Shown: positions 24,641 to 32,000 of the stretch, in pieces | How positions within the stretch are numbered: position 1 is the stretch's first letter | How the letters are laid out: each line of letters starts with the position of its first letter | NCBI GenBank assembly: GCA_963836595.1 | Contig: CAWIKC010000004.1 | Location: forward strand, 757,536-789,535 | Reading direction: 5' to 3' | Length of the DNA stretch: 32,000 nt | Origin: Bryobacterales bacterium | GTDB lineage: Bacteria > Acidobacteriota > Terriglobia > Bryobacterales > Bryobacteraceae | Notes under the pieces: model-generated | Database searches by the model: none | Told to the model about the DNA's origin: nothing | Seen by the model: only the letters and a program-made list of their open reading frames with translations | Made by a program: the position numbers and the translations under genes

Positions 24641-25558
24641 GTGCCTGCCGCCGTTCCCCAACTCGCCCCCAAGGACTTCGTTCAATCGGAAACTGCTCTC
24701 GGCGACGTCTACACTCCCGCCCAGGCGGAAGCCTACACCCGCTGGCTGGCTACCCGGCACTATGAAAATTTTCACGTAGTGACCTTCCTGCTGCCCAAAA
24801 AGCTGCACCAGGACTTCTATAACGTCTACTCTTTTTGCCGCTGGGCCGACGATCTGGGTGATGAGATCGGCGACAAGGAAGAGAGTCTGCGTCTGCTCGG
24901 TTGGTGGCGCCGGCAATTGCATGCCATGTACGCGGGCAGCTCCGCTGGCCATCCGGTTTTCACCGCGTTGCAAGGAACCTCCGAGCGCCACAAGCTTCCG
25001 CAAAGTCTGTTCGACGACCTGATTTCCGCCTTTGAGCACGATCAGCGCGTGAGCCGGTACCGGAATTGGGAAGAGGTATTCGACTATTGCCGCTGCTCCG
25101 CCAATCCGGTCGGCCGGCTGGTGCTGCGGCTATGCGGCTACGCCGATGACGAACGCGACCGGCTGTCTGACGCGACGTGCACCGCATTGCAGTTAGCGAA
25201 TTTCTGGCAGGATGTGACCGTCGATCTGGAAAAGGACCGGATTTACCTGCCGCTCGATTTGCTCAAGCGGCATGGGTGCTCCGTGGACGATGTGACTGCG
25301 CGCCGATTTTCGCCGGGCTTTGCCGCGGCCGTAAAAGACGCGGTTGAAGTAGCGCGCGATCTGTTTCACCAAGGGCTGCCGCTGGTCAAAACCGTCGATA
25401 GACGGTTATCTTTTGATCTGGCGCTGTTCAGCCGGGGAGGCTTGCGGATTTTAGACAAAATCGAGCGGCAAGGCTACGATGTTCTGCGCGCCCGTCCGCG
25501 CATCTCGAAAGTCGAGCGCGTAGGCCTCTTGCTCGGCAGCTTGTGGAGTCTGCGCTAA
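24641..25558 (+). CDS. hpnC: Hydroxysqualene synthase (squalene synthase HpnC)
   Basis: HYENFHVVTFLLP, YSFCRWADDLGDE (first Asp-rich motif), FWQDVTVDLEKDRIYLP. GTG start at 24641 (no upstream ATG in frame). Confidence 0.85.
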   Translation: MPAAVPQLAPKDFVQSETALGDVYTPAQAEAYTRWLATRHYENFHVVTFLLPKKLHQDFYNVYSFCRWADDLGDEIGDKEESLRLLGWWRRQLHAMYAGSSAGHPVFTALQGTSERHKLPQSLFDDLISAFEHDQRVSRYRNWEEVFDYCRCSANPVGRLVLRLCGYADDERDRLSDATCTALQLANFWQDVTVDLEKDRIYLPLDLLKRHGCSVDDVTARRFSPGFAAAVKDAVEVARDLFHQGLPLVKTVDRRLSFDLALFSRGGLRILDKIERQGYDVLRARPRISKVERVGLLLGSLWSLR

Positions 25559-25562
25559 ATGA

Positions 25563-26432
25563 GTGCGCTCGGTTTCGTTACCGAGCCAACGGCCGTCAGG
25601 GAGCGGTCCCTTCTCAACAGAGAAATCCTACGCCTTCTGCCGCCATATCGCCAAGACCCGCGCGCGCAATTTCTACTACTCGTTCGTGCTGCTTGCGGCG
25701 GAGCAGAAGAACGCCATGTGCGCCATGTACGCGTTCATGCGCTATTGCGACGACATCAGTGAAGGGGCAGGCGCGTCTCTTGCGGCGATCGAACAGTGGC
25801 GCGGCGATCTCGAAAAAGCATTGCAGGGCCAGTTTTCCGGCCACCCCGTCTGGCCAGCAGTGCACGACACCGTCGAGCGCTTCCGCATTCCGCACGACTA
25901 TCTGTTCGACATGATCCGCGGAGTCAGCTCGGACTTGCAGGCGCGGCAGGTACAGACGTTCGATGAGTTGTATGGTTACTGCTATCTGGTCGCGAGCGTA
26001 GTGGGTCTCACCAGCATTCACATCTTCGGCTTCGACGATCCTAAGGCCAAGGACCTGGCCGAGAAATGCGGCATCGCGTTCCAGCTCACCAACATCCTGC
26101 GCGATGTCAAGGAAGACTACGAAAACCAGCGGGTGTATCTACCGGCCGAAGACATCTCCCGCTTCCAAGCGGACCTCACCCAGTACGACCAGCGCTTTAT
26201 CGCCCTGTTGGAATTCGAAGCGGCGCGCGCCCGGGACTACTACGCGCAGTCGCGGCCGCTGATCGATATGGTCGACCGCCGGAGCCGTGGATCGCTGTGG
26301 GCGCTCATCGAAATTTACCGGCGGCTGCTGGAGCGCATCATTGATTCCCGCTACGATGTCCTCAGCCGGCGAGTGCGCTTGCCCGCTTGGGAGAAGATGA
26401 GCATCGTAGCGCGAGCGTCGTTGCGCCGCTAA
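25563..26432 (+). CDS. hpnD: Presqualene diphosphate synthase (squalene synthase HpnD)
   Basis: ARNFYYSFVLL, MYAFMRYCDDISE, AFQLTNILRDVKEDYENQRVYLP. GTG 25563 is 5 nt after the hpnC stop. An out-of-frame ATG at 25559 also abuts the stop, so the exact start is uncertain. Confidence 0.85.
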   Translation: MRSVSLPSQRPSGSGPFSTEKSYAFCRHIAKTRARNFYYSFVLLAAEQKNAMCAMYAFMRYCDDISEGAGASLAAIEQWRGDLEKALQGQFSGHPVWPAVHDTVERFRIPHDYLFDMIRGVSSDLQARQVQTFDELYGYCYLVASVVGLTSIHIFGFDDPKAKDLAEKCGIAFQLTNILRDVKEDYENQRVYLPAEDISRFQADLTQYDQRFIALLEFEAARARDYYAQSRPLIDMVDRRSRGSLWALIEIYRRLLERIIDSRYDVLSRRVRLPAWEKMSIVARASLRR

Positions 26433-26508
26433 TGTGGGGCCGATTATTAATCGGCGGCGGGTTGTAAGCAGTTGTAAGCCCGCCCTGGCAGGTTAATAAC
26501 CCGCGCGT
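26433..26508. repeat. REP-like hairpin cluster immediately after the hpnD stop
   Basis: TGTGGGGC lead-in (same as at 6027) followed by three hairpins. The first is GCCGATTATTAATCGGC (26439-26455). The second is GGCGGG..CCCGCC (26456-26484), which carries an internal 9-bp duplication of GTTGTAAGC. The third is GCAGGTTAATAACCCGC (26488-26504). Confidence 0.65.
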
Positions 26509-26594
26509 GGAGCGTTATCAGCCGGCCGGCTGAGCGCGCCTGTCACTTTACTTAGGCGCTTAAGGGCGAAGCCCGACAAAATGATTGTCGATGT

Positions 26595-27999
26595 TCAGGC
26601 GACCAGCCCCAACTCCTGGAAAACGCCGTGCATGGCCGTGCGAATCGTCTCGTAATGCATATCGATAACGCCGGGATTCTGCGCGCCGCGGGATGGCCTT
26701 TGGTTCTGCGTGCCGGCTAGCAATGGCTTGATGGCTTTGTTTCTCAGGACCACCAGAGCCGCCATCGCACGGAGTCCTTTGGGCAGCGATTCATATTTGC
26801 GCGTCTGCCCCATCCGCTGGACGATCTTCTTTCCCCGGAGTTTTTTTAGGTCATAAGCGGCGCGCCGGGCGCCATACTCCGCTGCGCTTTGCTTGCTGAA
26901 CACTCGGACCTGACTGGCCAACTGGGAAGCCGTGAACCCACCGGGTGACGGCGATAAGGCGATCACCGCTGCAATAACCCAGCGTATACGGGCCTTGTTG
27001 AGATCGATCCCACCGACTTTCGTTTTCCCGACCTGCGATGGAGCCGGGAGCTGTTCCAGCATTCTATCCGCGATGAAGCACCTATCGATACAGCTCAGAG
27101 CTTCCATGAATCGCCCTAGGATGCCCTTTGCTCCGGTCACGATCTCGGGAAACTTCTCCAGCGAACGGCCCCAGCGGAGTTCCTGGGTATTGTGGACGAC
27201 CACCTCGATGCGCAGCACACGCTCGCCTTTGGTATAAATCTTCAGAGTCAGCTTGCCGCAGTGCAGCTTGAAGACCGTCAGATCATTACGTAGGTTTCTC
27301 GACCGCGACTTCCCATTCGGCAGACTTCTTTTTCCGCTTGCGGTACTTCGGGCGGCGCTGGTAACCCAGGATCGTACGGACGGTCTTCAGGTCCAGCAGC
27401 ACGCGGCTGCGATCAATCAATGCCTGAAACACCTGATCCATGTGGCCGCCGAGCTCAAAAATCAGATTCCGGCTGTATTCCACCTGGTAGTTCGAGTACT
27501 GGTAATGAAACCCGCTCCGCTTCAGCTCTTCCACATCGAGCGCGAAACATAAGCAGGTGGTATAAATCCAACGCTCGCAGACTTGGCTCAGCCGCCCTAC
27601 CGTCCGTTGCCCGGACAAGGTGTCCGCGATCTTTGCCAAGCCTGTGGCGTCAGAGATATGAGTAAAGCAGTTTCCCTCTTTTATCAAGCTGATTCCGGCT
27701 TTGCCCGCTTGGCAGGCCACGTATTCATGACCATTCAGGATCACTTGCGCGGGAAACGGAGGATGTCCGCTGATCTTGATGGTGACGTGGCCCCAGTCGG
27801 GATCGAGGATAGGAAACGAGTAATGATTGACATAAGGCAGCGGCTTTTTCCGTTCGAGGTGGTGATGACCGCTGACATCCCAAACGGGTGCTTGAGCGCG
27901 ACCTACCAGAATGAGGAACAACCCTTGAGTGACCGTTGTCTTGGCCAGGTATTCTTCGGCGATTTCGTGCTTCCGTTCCCCGGCTGGACAATCCACCAC
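26595..27999 (-). pseudogene. Gene of an uncharacterised, apparently mobile-element-associated protein family; N-terminally truncated and frameshifted
   Basis: ORFs 27286-27999 and 26595-27218 are one reading unit broken near 27285. One frame ends ..EWEVAVEKPT*; the other continues RNDLTVFKLHCGKLTLKIYTKGERVLRIEVVVHNT... Landmarks: VNHYSFPILDPDWGH, ILNGHEYVACQ, YSNYQVEYS, AAYDLKKLRGKKIV. The upstream end abuts an IS fragment. Confidence 0.7.
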
Positions 28000-28444
28000 G
28001 GATGGTGAACGTCGGCATGACGCATGACACGGCGGAGTTTGCGGTGGAGAGTATCCGGCGTTGGTGGCTCCAGTTTGGAGTCCGCCACTACCCCAAGGCC
28101 CGGCGGCTGTTCATCTGTGCCGACAGCGGAGGAAGCAACGCCGCCCGGAATCGGGCCTGGAAATACTACCTGCAGCAATTCAGCGACGAGACCGGGCTGG
28201 AAATGGTAGTGGGCCACGGAGAGGCGAACCGCTGGTCAGTTTCGAAACCGTGGTGAATATGATCAGCGCCACCCGAACGGGCCAAGGGTTGCGAATCCAG
28301 GCCATGCTGGACCCGAGCATCTATGAGACCGGAGTGAAAATCACGGACCTGCAAATGAAGCAACTGAACCTGCAACCCCACCGTCGAAATCCTGAATGGA
28401 ACTATTCGCTACTGCCTCGCATAGCGTCGCCACAACATTCCTAA
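27984..28444 (+). pseudogene. ISAzo13-family transposase, C-terminal fragment with internal deletion
   Basis: ..LDNPPRMVNVGMTHDTAEFAVESIRRWWLQFG..YPKARRLFICADSGGSNAARNRAWKYYLQQFSDETGLEMVVGH, then after a frame change GEPLVSFETVVNMISATRTGQGLRIQAMLDPSIYETGVKITD..NPEWNYSLLPR. The segment that normally carries ..PPGTSKWNKIEHRLF.. is missing. Confidence 0.75.
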
Positions 28445-28469
28445 TGGTAAATGTTATTTTGCGGCAAGC

Positions 28470-29135
28470 CCTTAGTGGCGCAGCCGTCGAGGATCGACTG
28501 CTTGATCGCCACTCGGCGCAGGGGCTCGGTCGCTTCGTTAAGTCCGAAAAGGCGCACCGGTAAGCCACATCGCTCAGCTCCGCAGAAATGGAGCAACTCG
28601 GGAGTACCGCTCAAGCGGCCGTTACACCCGGACATTATGCCTTGATCCTGACCGCACTCCGTGCCGGTTTACGCGAAGGAAACTTGCCGGAGCTTGAGTG
28701 GGGCGACATTCAGTTCGGGAAGCACGCCAATTCCCCAGATCGTTTCATCCTCGTCCAACGTACTTTTGACCGGCGCTGGTCGCGCACGATGCTCACGCCA
28801 AGAGCGGGAAGCCGCGCCGCGTCGACATGAGCCGCGAGTTGCGGCGGACATTGATGAGCCTTCGTGACGCTAAGATTCTCAAGGCATGCGCTGCTGGAAA
28901 AAGCGAGGTTTCCGGAGCGCTCATATTCCCTTCCGAGGCGGGCACTCCCATCGCAGATGAACAACTTCATCCAACGGACCTTCAAGCCACTCGCGAGAGC
29001 CGGTCTGCGGGACATCCGGCTCATGACTTGCGCCACACCTGTGGAAGCTTGCTGATTCAGGCCGGAGCGTCGACGCGCCCACCAGTGTGGGACAATCCGC
29101 AATGCCACCGCAATGCGCCATTCGGCGGCAATCAA
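28470..29135 (+). pseudogene. Tyrosine recombinase (phage-type integrase), N-terminally truncated with several frameshifts
   Basis: The pieces lie in three frames: ..AVEDRLLDRHSAQGLGRFVKSEKAHR*, then ..LSSAEMEQL..YALILTALRAGLREGNLPELEWGDI.., then KSGKPRRVDMSRELRRTL..LIFPSEAGTPI, then NNFIQRTFKPLARAGLRDIRL, then HDLRHTCGSLLIQAGAS. The R..HxxR box context is recognisable. It ends ~30 nt from the tRNA 3' end. Confidence 0.8.
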
Positions 29136-29164
29136 ACGAAATAATGGAAGTCTTCGCGAATGAT

Positions 29165-29238
29165 TGGCTGGGAGGCAGGGACTCGAACCCCGATACGCAG
29201 ATCCAGAGTCTGCAGTCTTACCATTAGACGACCTCCCA
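29165..29238 (-). tRNA. tRNA-Gln (anticodon CUG), CCA encoded
   Basis: Reverse complement is TGGGAGGTCGTCTAATGGTAAGACTGCAGACTCTGGATCTGCGTATCGGGGTTCGAGTCCCTGCCTCCCAGCCA (74 nt). It has a 7-bp acceptor stem TGGGAGG/CCTCCCA with discriminator G. The anticodon stem is GCAGA/TCTGC with loop CT-CTG-GA. The T loop is GGTTCGAGTCC. Confidence 0.93.
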
Positions 29239-29389
29239 GAGAGGAGTCAGTTTTGAGCGTGACACTCCGGCGTTGACATTCTGATTTTAGCATCCGGAAC
29301 CACGATCGCCGGGTTTGTCTCGGAAATGCGATTTGTCCCTTGCTTTGGTCATCCGCTTGCTCCCTACCTCGGCGAGGTATGCCATTGAG

Positions 29390-29986
29390 ATGAAAACTCA
29401 CTCGCTGACAGAGCACAGTGCCCCGGCCCCCGCTCTTGCACAATCCTTGCTAAAGGTGCAATCGACCGCAAACAAGGCCAGTTCTAGTTCTTTTGCACAG
29501 TACTTGGCCGCGAATCTGAGTTCTGCCCGGGTGCCCAGCGCCGGCGTCGCCAGGCAATCTCCCGTCACGAGCCAAAATTCTGCCGTCGTGACGACAGCTA
29601 GCCAAACCCCGGCCCAACTCGCCTCTCAGCTACTGGCTCAAAATTCGCTGCCGCCCGCGCAACCAACCGAACCGGTCAATGGGCCTCTGTATAGCGGCTC
29701 CTATATGCAGGAACTGACCTATAACGGCTTCGTGAACCAGGCCAATCTGCAAAATCAGAATGCAGCGGCGCAATACCAACTCGACATGTCGAACTGGGCG
29801 CTCAATGAGACCCAGCGGGACTCGATCGGGCTACCATCGCAACCGCCTCCCACCGCTCCGCAGTACGTGGCCGTAAATTCCTCGGGCTTCAATCAGTGGT
29901 GGTCCAGCCTCTCGAACTACGGCGACCCTGCGCCCGTGACGTTCATCAACCCAATCCCGGAACAGCAGTCAAGCACGAGCGCGTAG
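29390..29986 (+). CDS. Hypothetical Gln/Ser/Ala/Asn-rich low-complexity protein
   Basis: ATG 29390 (MKTHSLTEHS...). 198 aa, no Cys, few charged residues, no signal peptide or TM helix evident. Coding status rests only on ORF length and position. Confidence 0.45.
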   Translation: MKTHSLTEHSAPAPALAQSLLKVQSTANKASSSSFAQYLAANLSSARVPSAGVARQSPVTSQNSAVVTTASQTPAQLASQLLAQNSLPPAQPTEPVNGPLYSGSYMQELTYNGFVNQANLQNQNAAAQYQLDMSNWALNETQRDSIGLPSQPPPTAPQYVAVNSSGFNQWWSSLSNYGDPAPVTFINPIPEQQSSTSA

Positions 29987-30125
29987 CGGCGGGACTACTA
30001 CGCAGCTTCTGGCTGGGGGGCGCGACTCCGGGATCGGCTGCGGTCTTTCCGACGCGTGGCTTCCACCTGCAACGTCCGGCTCGCCTTTCGAGCGATGTTA
30101 GGATGAAGCAGAGTTGACAAACTGT

Positions 30126-30962
30126 ATGAAGCCGCTGCTTGTCGTATCCCTAACCACATGCGTCCTGTGTTTGGCCCAGACGCCCGGGGATCCTCAAAAA
30201 AAAGAAGGCCCTCCGCCGGAAGTCGAGGCTGCGTTGCGCGCTCGCGTCGAGCAGTTCTACCAGGCCAGCGTCACCGGAAAGTTCAAGCAGGCGCTGGTGC
30301 TGGTCGCTGAAGATTCCCTTGACCACTTTCTCGAAGAAGGGGCGAGCAAGTTCGACGCCTGCGAGACAGTAAACATCAAGTTTTCCGCCGATTTCAAAAC
30401 GGCCGATGTCCTCGAAAAGTGCAAAGGCGAAGTTCACTTTCACGGCTTGGACCAGCACCCCACGTTTCCGGTCACCAGCCGCTGGAAGATGGTCGATGGC
30501 CAGTGGTTGTGGTATTGGGTTCAGCCGGCGGAAGTGTCGACGCCGTTCGGCGTATCGAAGATCAGCCCCACGGAAAGCGCGGCCGCCGTCCCTCAGGTTC
30601 CCGACGGGAAAAAATTGGCGAGCGGCATTTTCGAGTCCGTTAAGCTGGATCGGACCAGCGTGAATTTGAGCACCTCGCGGGTCAATGAAGACGCCATTTA
30701 TGTGACCAACGGATTGCCTGGCGGCATTTCCTTGTCGCTGCCGACAACCAATCAACCCGGCTTGCACATCACGGCGGATAAGACCGATCTGGGCGCGGGC
30801 GAGAAAGCGCGGATCGTGTTTAAATACGACGTCAACGATCCCGCGATTGCCTGCATGGATTGTTTGAAGAAACTGCGGGGGCCCGTGATGGCGCAGCTTC
30901 GCATCATCCCCACCGGGCAAATCTTCCCCATCAAGATCAATTTCGTGAACGTTGAAAAGTAG
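30126..30962 (+). CDS. Secreted protein of unknown function
   Basis: ATG 30126 gives the signal peptide MKPLLVVSLTTCVLCLAQTPG. 278 aa with a mixed alpha/beta-looking sequence and no recognised motif. Confidence 0.65.
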   Translation: MKPLLVVSLTTCVLCLAQTPGDPQKKEGPPPEVEAALRARVEQFYQASVTGKFKQALVLVAEDSLDHFLEEGASKFDACETVNIKFSADFKTADVLEKCKGEVHFHGLDQHPTFPVTSRWKMVDGQWLWYWVQPAEVSTPFGVSKISPTESAAAVPQVPDGKKLASGIFESVKLDRTSVNLSTSRVNEDAIYVTNGLPGGISLSLPTTNQPGLHITADKTDLGAGEKARIVFKYDVNDPAIACMDCLKKLRGPVMAQLRIIPTGQIFPIKINFVNVEK

Positions 30963-30974
30963 GTTCGGCCGCGT

Positions 30975-32000
30975 TTACCCCGCCAGCTCGACCAGAACCC
31001 GTTTCTTAGCCGCGTCCAATTCGACAATCCGGAAGGATCGGATTTCGCCCGGGCGGACACCTTCCTTGCCGGCAGCCGCGGGAGAAACGTTCCCGCCCTG
31101 TTTCCATTTCGAAGCCAGCATCGCGGTCATCGAAGAAAGGTCGGTTTTATCCCGTACCGGTTCGGCGGCGGGCGGCGCAGCCTCCACTTTTGGCAAAGAG
31201 CACATCGCGAAAACGCCGTCTCCCAGCTCGATTTTGGCGGTCTCTTTGCCGGTATCGACGACGCGTCCCGTCACCACTTCACCCGGCTTGTGTTCGCCGA
31301 TAAAGTGGTCGATCGTGGTCGGCTCCAACTGCTTCATGCTGAGCTTAATGCGCCGGCGCTCCTTGTCCACTTCGATCACCGCCGCCTTCACCACTTGCCC
31401 CATGGTGAGTGCCTCGCGGGGATGATTGAGCCGCTTTTCCCGGCTGATGTCCGAGATGTGAATCATGCCTTCCACGCCACTGCCCAGATCGACAAATGCG
31501 CCGAACTGCTGGAGATTCGTCACCGCGCCTTCCGCCGTCGCGCCCAGCGGGTACTTCTTTAGCGCCTCTTCCCACGGATCGCCCAGAGCTTGCTTCAATC
31601 CCAGCGAAATCCGTTTATCGGCCGCGTTCACGCCCAGCACCACCGCTTCCACCATCTCGCCAACCTTCACCACATCCGCCGGTTTCCGGATTTTTTTTGA
31701 CCAGGAGAGTTCCGACACGTGAATCAAGCCGTCCACGCCCGGCGCCAGTTCGACAAACGCTCCGAAATCCTGCAGCCGGGAAATCTTTCCCTGCACGCGG
31801 TCTCCCACGTGAAAGCGTTCGCCCACCAGCGTCCACGGGTCGGGCGCCAACTGCTTCATGCCGAGCGAAATCTTCCGCGATTCCGGCGAAATCTTGAGAA
31901 TTTTGACTTCTACCGAGTCGCCCACCGAAACCACAGCCGAAGGTTTGCCGATGCGATGCCAAGCCATGTCCGCTACGTGTAACAGCCCATCCACGCCGGG
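30975..32000 (-). CDS. rpsA: 30S ribosomal protein S1, C-terminal part (gene continues beyond window)
   Basis: Tandem S1 (OB-fold) repeats: DGLLHVADMAW..GDSVEVKILKI..RKISLGMKQL, GKISRLQDFGAFVEL..GVDGLIHVSELS, GAVTNLQQFGAFVDL..GMIHISDIS. Stop at 30975-30977. The ORF is open at the window edge. Confidence 0.9.
   Translation of the reverse strand, partial: PGVDGLLHVADMAWHRIGKPSAVVSVGDSVEVKILKISPESRKISLGMKQLAPDPWTLVGERFHVGDRVQGKISRLQDFGAFVELAPGVDGLIHVSELSWSKKIRKPADVVKVGEMVEAVVLGVNAADKRISLGLKQALGDPWEEALKKYPLGATAEGAVTNLQQFGAFVDLGSGVEGMIHISDISREKRLNHPREALTMGQVVKAAVIEVDKERRRIKLSMKQLEPTTIDHFIGEHKPGEVVTGRVVDTGKETAKIELGDGVFAMCSLPKVEAAPPAAEPVRDKTDLSSMTAMLASKWKQGGNVSPAAAGKEGVRPGEIRSFRIVELDAAKKRVLVELAG

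Noticed and set aside
27280-27292. Programmed ribosomal frameshift joining the two halves of the 26595-27999 gene
   Set aside because: No slippery heptamer or downstream structure is evident at the junction (..GAGAAACCTACGTAATGATCTG..). The gene is also N-terminally truncated, so mutational decay is more likely.

Overview
High-GC bacterial chromosomal window, probably Acidobacteriota. That guess rests on an ADOP-type duplicated orphan permease, hopanoid genes and abundant short palindromic intergenic repeats, and is not verified. All family names come from motif recognition by eye; no searches were run. Layout: (1) 1-2500: partial IS with an rve/DDE transposase, a truncated gene fragment and a UPF0175/PIN-like toxin-antitoxin pair. 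(2) 2535-6020: a chimeric ORF (uncharacterised basic N-domain fused in frame to a DUF1446/AtuA-like domain), then DUF4387 and DUF2252 genes. (3) 6185-8692: a zinc-ribbon membrane protein and ribBA, then an ~830-bp block of segmental repeats that re-copies the ribBA 3' end, then a 13-bp x6 microsatellite. (4) 8889-11989: three secreted proteins. (5) 12038-18909: hopanoid core ispH, shc, hpnA, hpnG plus two tightly coupled Zn-dependent dehydrogenases. (6) 18910-24640: accessory or decaying DNA, holding one intact ADOP permease, two ADOP 3' remnants, two degraded cupins, a DinB-family gene and ~1.1 kb with no convincing gene. (7) 24641-26432: hpnC-hpnD. (8) 26595-29238: mobile-element debris (a frameshifted gene of an uncharacterised family, an ISAzo13-like transposase fragment, a degraded tyrosine recombinase) abutting tRNA-Gln(CUG). 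(9) 29390-32000: a Q/S-rich hypothetical, a secreted protein and the 3' part of rpsA. The most interesting lead is the dehydrogenase pair coupled to hpnG, as candidates for the genetically unassigned ribosylhopane reduction step.
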